A stretch of DNA of 64,000 nucleotides from the human T2T-CHM13v2.0 reference genome, Homo sapiens, in NCBI RefSeq assembly GCF_009914755.1, contig NC_060941.1; one strand, 5' to 3'. The position numbers and the translations under genes were made by a program. Positions 40,991-54,604 of the stretch are shown here, piece by piece; position 1 is the first letter of the stretch, and each line of letters starts with the position of its first letter. Under the pieces are notes generated by a model. That model saw only the letters and a program-made list of their open reading frames with translations. It had not been told where the DNA came from and ran no database searches.

Positions 40991-41890
40991 GGCTAGGCAC
41001 TACCAGAACCCCAGGGAGGAAGGGATGGATGGACAACCCTCCCTTGTCCCACAGTTGGAGCATCTGTGCTTAAAAGAAAACCACTCGAGTGATTATCTTT
41101 TATAAATTGTTAGATGGTCACAGATAATCTTCCCTCTGACAACCCACCTCAGTTTCAGAGGCAACAAGTACTATATGAATTTGGTGTGATCCTTTCACAC
41201 TTAAAAATTTTTTTTCACATATATGCGTGGGCTCATGGGAAATATATATTGTGTGTCAGCACGTGTGTGTGTATGTGTGGCTTGTTTTACACAGAGGGTG
41301 GCGCAGTTACATATCACACAGCAAAATGCCTTTTTTAAACTCAAGGTTGTATGTTTGAGATCTAATTAGGTCATTTCTTTTATCTGCCATGTACTGTTCT
41401 ACCTTGAGTCTCTCTCACATGGCATCTGTTTTGCCTGATGTTAAAATTGTTATGGCGCTAAATCATGTCTTTTCTTACCCCTGGCACAGCCAGATGGGCT
41501 GCCTTTGGTTGCAAGCCCAGCAGAGTCAGAAAGAAACTAAGGCTGTCAAGGAAACCTAAGGGTAGGTCTTCAACTCTGGGCCCGGAAGGAGCATCACCTC
41601 CACCTGGCCTTGTCTGGTTCATTTACAGCCTGCAGGAAGGAGAGGCGGGGAGACGGGGAGATGGGAGAAGGAGGGAGAGAGAGAGAGAGAGAATGTGAAT
41701 ATGAGAACGCTGCCCTGCTCCAAGCTCACCTCGCACCTCTGTCTGGGGAAAGTGGAATGGGAAGAAGCAGGTGGCATCCCCATCATCCCAAGGTGCCCTG
41801 CTGCCAACAAGACCTTGGGTGTCCATCCTTCTAGTGCAGTAGCACCACCACCGCCACCCCCCTTCAGGTGAAGGTTGCTAACTTTGAAAT

Positions 41891-42047
41891 CAGGATGGGC
41901 TACATAATTTGCAGAGCCCAGTGCACATAAAAATGCAGGGCACTTCTTCAAGAAATATTAAGAATGCATTAGGCCAAAGGCAGACTCCTTCTAAGCATGT
42001 GGCTCTGCCTGACTGCACAGGTGGCATTCCCATGAAGCTGGTCCTGC
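41891..42047 (+). mobile_element. MER91-like hAT DNA transposon
   Basis: CAGGATGGGCTACATAATTTGCAGAGCCCAGTGC...AAAATGCAGGGC...GACTGCACAGGT...CCCATGAAGCTGGTCCTG with CAGG..CCTG termini. Confidence 0.7.
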
Positions 42048-42739
42048 CTGAAACTATCCTCTAAGGGAGTCCTGTTAAGGTGTGGGAGAAAGTGCGCAAA
42101 GCTCTGCAAAGGGAAATAGCTGTCATTTTGGAAGCCATCAGGATCTTTTAGTGCAGTCAAGCTGAACCATGGAGGTCATGATGACTAACAGTTCCAGACA
42201 GGTTGAAAAGCTCTGATTTGTCCCCTCTAGGGTGGGAACTAAGGACTGGAGAGGCTGCAGAGCCAGCAGATAACTCAGAAGGCCAGGGTACAAATCCTCC
42301 CTCTGTCCCTGAGGAGCTGAATGACCATGAGTTTGTTGCTTAGCTTCTCTGTGCCTCAGTTTCCTTATTAAGATAAGGTGCCCTCTTCATAGGATTGCTT
42401 GGAAGATTAACCCTAAAACTATGGAGAAGCTGAGGACATTTCCTGGCATATAATGTTCGATAATCTGGGCTGATGTTAGATATCCTTTCTGTGAGCTTTG
42501 GTTTCTTTCCTAGGATAATATAATGGGGAAAGGTAGAAGGTAAAGATGGATCTAGAGTCAGGAGTTCTGGGTTCTCTGCTACTAACCACCTGCTTACCAA
42601 GGCAGGTCACTGTCCCCTTAAGAGTCTCACTTCTAAAATTTAAGGGAGGGGGTGAGGTATGACTTTCCTTCCAGCTTTATAATTCTGTTTCCAAGGAATT
42701 CCACCTGTTCCTCTCATTGGTTTATCCCAGTGTACCCAG

Positions 42740-43112
42740 TGTATTAGTCTGCTTTCATGCTGCTGATAAAGAAATACCCGAGACCGGGCAATTTACAAAA
42801 GAAAGAGGTTTAATTGGACTTACAGTTCTATGTGGCTGGGGAAGCCTCACAATCATTGTGGAAGGCAAGGAGGAGCAAGTCACATCTTACGTGGATGGTG
42901 GCAGACAAACAGAGTGAGCTTATGCAGTCAAACTCCCATGTTTTAAAACCATCAGATCTCATGAGAGTCATTCACTATCATGAGAACAGCACAGGAAAGA
43001 CCCGCCCCCATAATTCAATCACCTCCCACCGGGTTCCTCCCATGACACGTGGGAATTGTGGGAGTTACAATTCAAGATGAGATTTGGGTGGGGACACAGC
43101 CAAACCATATCA
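42740..43112 (-). mobile_element. Solo THE1 LTR (THE1A/B-like)
   Basis: TGTATTAGTCTG...TGCTGATAAAGA...GAGATTTGGGTGGGGACACAGCCAAACCATATCA. Confidence 0.93.
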
Positions 43113-44073
43113 CCCGACATTTATTTTCTCTGAGGTTTAAGAAATTTCTCCTCTTATCTGACTGCAAATCTTTCTCATTAGTTAAAGTCCACTTCTTTTC
43201 CTGCCCTTTGTGTGAAAACAACTGGTTGGTGACCCATTTTACAGACTCAGAAACTGAGGCACATTGAGAACCATCTGCTCTCCAGGTGGAACAACCCCAG
43301 TCCCTTTAATATGCCCTTGCATTGGCCCTTCACTGCACTGTGACCTCTGCCCACTGCACATCCCAGGAATGTCCACCACTCCTGCATTTAGAGACCCACA
43401 CAGGTCACTCCTGCCAGCCAGGCACAGGGCTCGGCCCCTCAGATCTGTCTAATATTCTCAGTGCCTGTAGGGAAGCAGATCTTGTTACATATCTTGTTTT
43501 CCAGCTAGAGAAGCGGGCTCCTGGAGCCCAGACTGAGGGTGGAGTGAGGTTCCTGTAGGTAACTTGTGAGACCCCCTAATGCTGTGAGGCAGAGCCCCAG
43601 ACCCTGCGACCCTGTGGGGGTCAGCCTTTCCTGGAGAAAAGCTTTCTCCCAGCACTTACCAAGCCTCTCTCCCTGCAGCTGGCATGAGGGATGTTGCTCC
43701 TCTGCCAAACCCACACTCTGGGGTGAACACAGCTCTGGGCATGCCAGCTGCTGCCCTGGCCCCTTTACTGCCACTCAGGAAGACACACGTGAGTGCCATT
43801 CAGTGCCAGTGTCCTTGTCAGGGGGCAAGCCTCAAACCTGTCCCCTTCCTACCAGGCCCCTGATCAGCTCCAGCACTAGCACAATGCAGAATCAATATCT
43901 ATTTGGGGGGATTATTGAATGTCCATCTCCTCCACTAAAATAACCTCTTTGGGTGGTGTGTTGGGGCGGGGGCATGACTTGTTCACGGAAATATGCCCAG
44001 AGTCTAACACACTTCCTGGCACAAGGAGGTGCTCAGTACACATTCAATGTGTGAGCACATGGATCTGCTGTGA

Positions 44074-44382
<309 letters not shown>

Positions 44383-44411
44383 CCACTGTGATTTATTGAA
44401 AGTCAACCTCT

Positions 44412-44718
<307 letters not shown>

Positions 44719-44847
44719 GAAAGTCAGCATCTGGCAGATACTGGCCCTTTACTTTATTAGCAAATTCCTGGAGGCCCATCTTTCACGGGATTACTACACA
44801 GGGGTGCTGATTTAGAAAAGTGCTATTTTATGTGTTATGCTCTGAGG

Positions 44848-45120
44848 GTTCATTCATGCAGGCAGTGTGTAATGAGCACTCGCTACATGCCAGGCCCTGA
44901 GGACAGAGCAGTAAAGGAGCCGATGTCCTTGCCTGCATGGAGGTCCCATCCAAGTGAGGAGACAGTTAAAATGCAAACACAGCTGCACGATATTGTCAGG
45001 TGATGCTTTGTGCTGAGAAGGATGAAGCGGTAGGGGGAATGGAGAGAGTGGGGTGGGTGGGGTGCTATTTCAGATTGAAGGGTCAGCGAGGTCCTGCAGA
45101 AGAGCTTCAATTTAAATGGA
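44848..45120 (-). mobile_element. L2 3' fragment
   Basis: TTCATTCATGC...ATGAGCACTCGCTACATGCCAGGCCCTG...GTCCTTGCCTGCATGGAG. Confidence 0.65.
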
Positions 45121-46436
45121 AGCCACCACTGAGAACGAATAGGGGGGATTTGGGGCATCCCAGGTGAGGAGTGGGATTCAGAAAGAAGAATTCCTTGACA
45201 TCCCAGGCTCCTTGGTGAGCCAGTGGGGACACATTCTGCTTGTCATCAAAGTGAATTACAAACTCATCCAGCTCAGAGCCTCTGCCAGAGCCATCTGGGC
45301 TGCAGTGGCCTCTTTCAAAGAAAAGAGTTCGCCAACAAGAAAGCGGCACGGCATCCTGATGAGGACTGGGGCTTTAGAGTTCTGGGCAGAAACGTGTTGA
45401 AATCCCAGCTCAGGCATGATTGAGGTTCATGTCTTAATCCCTGAGAGCTTTGGTTTCTTTATATGTAGTCGGGAATGATAACAGTGCTTCTCCCAGAGGG
45501 TTGTTGTAAGTCTTCAAAGAAACAGCCTGTGTAAAGTGCTGAGCACAGATAAACAGTGGCCTTTACTGCCATTGTCATTCTCTTAGCTCCCAGTGGGGTT
45601 CTTTGCTTCTCTTTCATTCATTCCACAATAACTGAGCACCTACTCATTGTCAGGCTCTAGATGCTAGGGTACCCAGAGGAGGAACACCTAAGCTATCCAA
45701 ATGTGAGCCAGAGAGTGCACCCATCCAAGAGGCAGGGCCCTGGGCATGCATTCCTGCCATTCCAGCTGTGTGAACTTGGCCATGTGGTTTCATCGCCCTG
45801 GGCCTCAGCTTTCCCCACTGCAAATAGAGGGCTCAGCTTGCCAATCACTGGGTGATTCTCCTGCTGAGCTCCTGGGCTGAGGCTGGGGCACAACTGTGGA
45901 GGGAGCATCTGTAGCCCCAGGTGACCTGAGCCTCAGAGAAAGCTAGCCTGCCTGGCCCGGAGGCTCTGCTGGGAGTGGGGTGGGAAGAAGCCCATGTGCT
46001 CGGAAATGGGCCAGGGTCAGTGCTGGGGCCTGTCGCCCCCAAGGACCCTCCCACATCAACCAGAGCTCCTCATGGGGAGGCAGAGGGTACAGCCGCTGAA
46101 CGTGCCTTCCCAGGAGAAGCTTGAAGTGTACTCAGGATCTTGGCAGGCATCGGGGTTCTGAGGGGTCGTAAGAGGGGCCGCTAGGGACAGGGCTCCAGAG
46201 AGGCCTGATGAAGGTGGAGACAGAGGAAGAGGATATCTAGGAGAAGGGGTTTGTCCTATTTCCTCCCAAGTGCCACTTGCACTTCTAGTGCTGGGAGTCA
46301 TTCATTATACAGATGATTATACAGTCATTCATTATACAGATGGCTGGGGCCACCACACTTCTTCTTTCCTTGCCCTTCTCCTCCTTTCCTACCCCTCACC
46401 CTGGGAGTGCCTTGGACCCTGGGATGACCCATTCTA

Positions 46437-46811
<375 letters not shown>

Positions 46812-46890
46812 CTATGCTGTGTACCTGCCTCTCTGTGCTATGGGAAACTAAGCCCTAAATAATCTAAATAATTCATTTTATTCAAAAAGC

Positions 46891-47224
<334 letters not shown>

Positions 47225-47299
47225 TAGTAAACAAAACAAAGAATCCATATCCTTGTGGAGCTTGCATTTCAGAAAGTGAGTGGACAATAGCAGCTTAAC

Positions 47300-47445
47300 G
47301 CAGCACTTCTCCAACCTAGAGGTGCATATGGGATCACTTGGGCATCTTGTTAAAATGCACATTCTCATTCAGGAGATCAGGGATGGGCCTGAGATTCCAA
47401 CAAATGATGCCTAATGTTGCTAGGCCATAGTTTGAGTGGCAAGGG
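47300..47445. mobile_element. MER5A-like MITE
   Basis: CTTCTCCAACCT...GATCACTTGGGCATCTTGTTAAAATGCACATTC...GGGCCTGAGATTC. Confidence 0.65.
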
Positions 47446-48973
47446 GTTTTATGTGTTATCCCTCCTGAGATAGCAATGACATGTTCGAAGGAATGGCTCT
47501 CTAATATGGAACCCTAGGGAGGTGATGGTGGAGGTGGCTGGGTATTGAGGACACTGGGGACTCTGGACTGGTCTCCTGGGTGGCTGCCTGCCTTTCTGTG
47601 CAGAAGGCTGGCTCAGCTTTCCAGCCCTGGCTTCTTAGCTCCCCACTGTTCCTCCTCAGCCAGGCTGTGGGTGGGAACATCTGGAAGGGATCCCCCGGAA
47701 CTGGGGGAATTTCCAGGCACATGAGGCTCTGTCAACCCAGCCAGGAACATCCGCCCCTGCCATCTGCTCCAGACGTCATTGCAGAGTCTGTGTGAGAGGA
47801 ACCCGACAGTTTCCAGCTCCTCCAAGGAGCGTCTGTCTGTGTCTCTGGGTCCTGCCCTGGGCATGTGAGGGGCCTGCCTCTGCTACTGCTGGGGGAGTCT
47901 GTTGGGGGCCTAAGTTCCCAAGTGCAAGTCCTGCGTTTTATCTGCTGGGAGATGAGGTGTCTCCAAATTCCAAAGATGCCCTGGGGGTCTTCCCTAGGAC
48001 GATGAAGGAGGGAGAAGCTGCCCTGGTTGTTGAGAAGCCTCAGCCCAGAATTTTCTCACCCTCATGAGGCAAATTTGTCCAACACACGCTGTGCTCTGCC
48101 CTGTGCAACATCTCAGTAATAAATGCCCAGTTTTGTGCACTGATGGCCTGTGCACCGGAGGCTTTACAGCTTGACCTCACTTGATCTGCATGGAAACTGT
48201 GAAACTGCTCTTACTCTCACCTCCATACCGATAAGGATGAAGCAGCTCAGAAAAGTCAGGTTACCTATAGGAAGTAGCAGAGCCAGGATTTGAACCCAAA
48301 GTCACTGGATACCAAAGCCCAGTGTTAACTCTTCAGTTACATTGGCTCCTTACATATCCTCTAAGAGCAGGTGCTAGCTAAGAGCAGGACTGGATGGGAC
48401 TCATCCAGCTGAAAGTCTTGCTTCTTCAAACTCCAAGACTTCTCCTGGAGCTTCTCCTCCAGCCCTGTGGGAAGCTCCCGGTCCACGGTTTGGGGTGGTT
48501 GTGCCCAGCCCTGTTCATCACATGCAGCTGCATAAGTCTGGGCAGCCTCTCCCTGTTAATGAGAGCGACGAATGACTCTCATCAAGTCTGGGAGTTACTC
48601 AGCACCAGAGACAGGTCTCTGGATGTGACTTCCTTCTTAAGAGCAAATGCAAACAGTGGAATGCCTAATCTCAAAGCAAGAGGCCTGGGTGCTCGCTTGG
48701 GAACTCCCAGGGGACTCCTGAGAGCAGCTGGCCCAGTCATGGGACGGTGGGGTGGGACAGCCAGGGCTTGGGGTCTGCTCTCTAAGGGAGCCGAGGCTGC
48801 AGCAGCTGTCCTCTCCATCCCCTAGCTCCACCGGGATAATTGACGGGGAGAGTATCACCTGATGTTAAAGCCCAGTGTTTATTCCTCTGTTACGTTTCGT
48901 TCTCTCTGCCACCATCTCTCAATCCAGCCTCTTAGCATGGGTGCCCCTAGCCCAGGAGCCCTATGCTGAGCTG

Positions 48974-49883
48974 GCAGGTGGGTTAACGAGTCTTAATGTA
49001 TAGAACTTGTGCCAACCACAGTGTCGTAGACCCCGCAGGCCTCTAAAGGCCTGTCTGCCTCCCTACCCCTATCATGGGTCAGGCCGGAACTGCAGGACTC
49101 AGCAGGCACCATGGTGGCTTGGTCTGTGCCCGTCCTACCCTCTTTGTCTGCTGTGCCCTCAGCTTTAAACCTGAGCCGGGCAGTTGTGACAAGGGAAGAG
49201 GGCTCCTTAACCACGATTTGCCAAGAGATGAAGGGCCCCTGAGGAAAGGCTTTTATTTCTGTATTTCAGTTTCACAGCTTGGGGAGATGGGAGATAGCTC
49301 ATGTTCCCCTGAGGCTGCAAAAGTTCTATGACAGCCAGTCAGTGAGGCTGTTCCCGGTAATGGGAGGAGAGACATTGTCATTGAAGGGGCTGTGCCATCT
49401 CGCCTCTGGGGGAGGATGAGGCAGCAGCCCCGCTAGGACACGGGGCAGGGGACGGAATCTCAGCATGTCCGAAAGCAGGTCCAGGCAGTAGACTCGCTGT
49501 GTGCCCGGACCAGTGAGGCACTTCTCTGGGCCTCAGATCCCAGTGGGAGGAAGGAGGGAATAATGTCAGAAGTACAGAGAGTTGGTGAGAGAAGAGAGGC
49601 TGGGGAGATATCTGCAGGATGGAAGGGAGAAGGACAGGGAACTGGGAAGCAGGTAGCAGGCAAGGACTGAACAGGCCATGGTGTGCTGTCCCAGAGGCTG
49701 AAGGACCTCTCTCCATTGGCCCCATACTGCCTGCTGCTCCTGCCTCCTGGCACAGATGCCCCTGCTCTGAGAGACTGTGCAGAGAGAGCAGGTGGGTAAA
49801 CAAGTCCTTATGTGTAGAATTTGTGCCAGCCACAGTGCCATAGACCCCACAGGCCTCCAGAGGCCTGCCTGCCTCCCTGCCCC
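48974..49883 (+). repeat. Dispersed 96-bp direct repeat (copies at 48974-49069 and 49788-49883)
   Basis: Gapless alignment with 14 mismatches in 96 nt (about 85% identity) by hand count. Confidence 0.9.
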
Positions 49884-52134
49884 ACCCTACAGTGGGGGCC
49901 AATCTGCTTACATCTGTAGGATCCGCCTACCTCAATCCTGTTTCCAGATGGAGGGTATTTCTGGGGGTTGGTAGATTCTGTATCCAGTCACCTGTTATCT
50001 TCTTAGTTCTTTGAAACCCAACCTTCACCTTGGTCCCAGTTCCAGTCTTGGGTTTGGATCCCAGCTCTACAGCCGTCTACGTCTACACCTACCTTCTGCC
50101 GTGAGCCCCAAGTCCCTCTTTTTTTGAAATGATCATAGTAGTAGTGCCTCTCTCTTAGGGATCTTTGAGGATTAAATGAGATAACTGGAGCTCCCAGCAA
50201 AATACCCAGACATAGGGGTTCCATGATGGCTAGATCACTTCTCCCTCACCCCTCTCAATTAGCCTCTTTGGGTTGCGCTTGTTTCCAGAGGCCTGGGCCA
50301 GACAGTTAATAGTTAGGGTGTGTGGAGTGACTGCCCACTGCTGCCTTCAGCAGTAAAGGCGAGGGGAGGAACAAGAGCTGTCATTTATTGGACACTTTCA
50401 GAGGGCCAGACCATTGGCATGCAAGCATCATCATCCTCACACCAACCCTGTAAGGAGGATTTTATGAGCCCCTTTTTAGAGATGAGCAGACAGAAGCCCA
50501 GGCTTCTTGAATACCCTGCCTGGATCCCATAGCCAGTGAGTGGTGGAGACTGAATTCAGATCCAGCCCCCATTCCCAAGCCGGCTGGGCCCTTGCCACTG
50601 TCCCACTCAGTAAGACACAGTGACACTCAGGGGCTGGGTGGCCAAAGGCCACCGGTACCAGGTGAAGAGCACCTATTCTGGAGGCAAAGTCCTCAAATTA
50701 TCAAAGCTAGGGCAGCAAAGCATGCTCAGATGAACACAGAAACCCAGAGGGGGACAAGGCAAATTATTCCAGGGACCCAAGACCTGCAGGGACGGAAGAC
50801 TGGTGGGTGGAGACCCAGGTACAGCAGCACCCACAGGACACGGTGCTCCCTGTAGTGCAGGGAAACGCTGGAGAAGCCGGGCCAGCGTGCCCGGGAATGC
50901 GGAGGGAGAGGGCCTGTGCTCCTCCTTCTGAGAAACACATGGTTTCCCCAATCTAACAGCGGCCAAAAGGAAAAACTATGTACTCTACAAAATCCACAGT
51001 ATACACACGACCCGCCAACATTTCAGCATCATCTCTCCGAGAGATCTCTCCCAGAATCCCGCGAAAGAGCCAGGCAACACGCACACTTGCCCAAGGTCAA
51101 AGACACTATTCCAGGTATGAATTTTATGGGTAACCAGATGACACTTGAAGCGGCTCAGAAGTTGGCGTGAGAAAAGTCCCCAGTTGTTATTACTTAGTGC
51201 GGCCTGGGAGGAAGAAAGGATTCTTTGTAGAGCAATGAAAAGGACCCAGATAGAGGCAAGCCCCTGCCCTCCTGAGCAGAAATCGTCTTTTCCATCAACA
51301 GTTTGTGCTCTGCACCGCCCAGCCTCATTGTTCTGTGGCATTCCGCCGGGGGCAAGAACACATTGGGATGCCTCGCCTTCTCAGCACACCGCTGCCTGGA
51401 TTTCTGTGCAAGGACTTGAATGTAGATTTATCCTAGTCGTCATTATTTAGAAATATTTTGACAAAGTAGTTTATTTAAAGGTACTATGAGTCCCCTCCCT
51501 GTTTTTTGCTGTTTATCTTTTCTTTTAAATTTTCTCCCAGAAACAGTGTAATCCTCTAACACAGTTTGCATTGTAAGGCCAGGACAACAACACTGAAATG
51601 CAGCGGTGGGGGCCAGGTAGACACATAGGGCACATATCCCCAAGAGAGGCATAAATCCAGGTGGCCACCAGCACCGAGGGCTCCAAGGCCTGCCATGGCC
51701 ACAGCCCCTGGGGTATGCTCCTCTCCATCCTCCACCTCCATCTGGGCCAGCACCTGGGCTCTGGTGGTGAGGTGCTAGGACCTCTTTCCACTCCAGAGGG
51801 CCAGGGACCAGGATACTCAATAAGGATGTGTTGAGGAGCTGGGGGTATCTGGTGCAGAAGACCAATGAGTCCAGTCGAGGAGCGCTGATTCAGGAAACAA
51901 AACACCCAAAATGTCAAAGCCAGGACAGCAAGGCGTAAAAGAGACCGTCTCGACCTTGAAGGGTTTACATTTCCAGCTAAGTAGGTGAGACAAGCATTCT
52001 GACATGTTACTGAGGCTGCGGCCTCCATGCAGAAGGCAGTGACAGTGACAGGAAGGTTGTCAGGTTGACTAACATGGGAGAGGGGGTAAAACACACAGCT
52101 GCTGCCCTCAGGTGAGTGGCAGCTGGCGGGGGGT

Positions 52135-52641
52135 GGCATGATCCCAGCATGGCTGCCTTCCATTCTCTCCTTTTCAGTGTCACTTGTCACTCCTCCCGTT
52201 GAGGGGTGGAATCTGTGCCTCCCCTCTGCTTGAATCAGGGCTTCTCCCTAGTGATTTGCGCAACCTATAAAATGTGGCGGAAGTGATGTTCAGGATTTCT
52301 AAGGCAACGTCCTAAGAACCTTGCAGCTTCTGCCTGGAACTCTAGAGACTCTTGGCACCCAGAGACCTCCATGCAGTGAGGAAGCCCAAGGTGGCCACGA
52401 GGAGAGACTGTAGGGGGAAGAGGGTGGAGACCTGTCTGGCCCCCCATTCCTGTTCCCAGCCATTTGAGCCATCCGAGCTTCAGCCATAAACATCCAGGGG
52501 CAGAGAGGAGCCATTCCCTCTGTGCCCTGTCCAGGTTCCTGATCCACAGAATCGTGAGACATGATAAAAGCAAAGTATTGTTTTAAGGCACTGAGATTGG
52601 GGTTATGTGTGCCATACATACATCCACAGATAACCAGAACT
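52135..52641 (+). mobile_element. MLT1 (F/G-like) solo LTR
   Basis: TGTCACTCCTCCCGTTGAGGGGTGGAATCT...GCGGAAGTGATG...GATCCACAGAATCGTGAGAC...GTTTTAAGGCACTGAG...AGATAACCAGAAC. Confidence 0.75.
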
Positions 52642-52757
52642 GGGTGAGGGGACATATGCCAGGGCCAGGGACTCTGTTGACCCAACCCTTTCTCCTTGAG
52701 ACCACACCTGCCCTCTCTGGCCCCAGACTCCTCCACCATGGCCTCCCTAAGTGCTGA

Positions 52758-52834
52758 CACTCCCATCCCTGGGACCAATCCCAATGCCTGGGCACTTCCA
52801 TCCCTGGGACCAATCCCAATGCCTGGGCACTTCC
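52758..52834. repeat. 35-bp tandem duplication (2.2 copies)
   Basis: CACT(C/T)CCATCCCTGGGACCAATCCCAATGCCTGGG x2 plus CACTTCC. Confidence 0.95.
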
Positions 52835-52976
52835 CCTTTGAACCCCAATTTGAGAGCAGATTTGCTGCTGAGGTTGGGGGGGAACTAGGGGAACCCCGGG
52901 ACGGGACAAAGATTCTGGGTAACCACCTCTGGGGCAGGTGTGGGGAGACTGGCCGGGGCAAGGAAGTGGCTGCACA

Positions 52977-53152
52977 GGGGAAGGAGTGAGCCGTGTGCGC
53001 ATGGATGGGGGAAGGAGTGAGCCGTGTGCGCATGGATGGGGGAAGGAGTGAGCCGTGTGCGCATGGATGGGGGAGGGAGTGAGCCGTGTGCGCATGGATG
53101 GGGGAGGGAGTGAGCCGTGTGCGCATGGATGGGGGAAGGAGTGAGCCGTGTG
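52977..53152. repeat. 31-bp minisatellite (VNTR), about 5.7 copies
   Basis: Unit GGGGA(A/G)GGAGTGAGCCGTGTGCGCATGGATG with a single variable position. Confidence 0.97.
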
Positions 53153-53894
53153 TGCTCGTGGCTGTGTGCCTTCCTCCATGGAAGAGCTCCCTCGTGCCTG
53201 TCTTCCAGAACTCAGGTCCAGCGTTTCCAGCCACCTGCTGGACTCGCCTCAGAACCTCCCACAGGCCCCCCAAATCCAGCACATCTCAAACCAGAACCTG
53301 CTCTAAACCCACCCCCAAGGCAATTCCCTGTCATTCCCTATTTCTGCCAAGGGTGCTGAAGTCACCAGGGCCTGTCCAGGTGTGGGCAGCCAACCCTCTA
53401 GTGGAGCTGGAGCAGCAATACCTTGCCCACATGGCAGGTGGAGATAGGGGGACCTGTGGGTAGGGACTGAGGTGGGAAGAGTTGTGGCGAAGGAGGTGGG
53501 CAGAGCCTGGCCAAGCTCATAGGCAGCCCTAGGATTCCTCCCGGAGAGGTAAGGGGCTTTGGGCTGTGTCCTGGGGGCTGGAGATACCCACAGGAGGCTA
53601 ACAATAGCTCATCCAGCCTCAGCATCCTCTCTGCCTCTTTGCCACCCCCTTTTGCTCCTGGAGCAGCCATAGGGAAACCCTGCAGCTTCCAGCTCTGCAG
53701 GGCCCTCATTCCCCTCCTTCCCCTTCCACTCCACCCATCGCCCGCCCCCACCTCCCCTAAGCCCAGCCTCCTACCACCCCCACACCCATTTGACCCTTTC
53801 TCTTCCCCCCTTCCCCTCAAGGCTGCCGACCCGCTGCCCACTGTGGGAGCCAGCTGCTGCCTGTGGCTGGGGACACTGGGAAGGGGGCTGGTGC

Positions 53895-54604
<710 letters not shown>

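Noticed and set aside
42831-42850. PRDM9 hotspot motif in THE1 LTRs
   Set aside because: None of the four THE1 copies has CCTCCCTNNCCAC. They read CTTCCCCAGCCAC, CCTCCCCAGCCAT, TCTCCCCAGCCGT and CTTCCCCAGCTGT.
52977-53152. CRISPR-like array
   Set aside because: The units are head-to-tail with no unique spacers, in eukaryotic DNA; this is a minisatellite.
52299-53282. Longest ORF (327 aa, minus strand) and overlapping ORFs
   Set aside because: The ORF is open because it crosses the stop-free 31-bp VNTR, the 35-bp duplication and an MLT1 LTR. The peptide is repetitive and has no recognisable domain.
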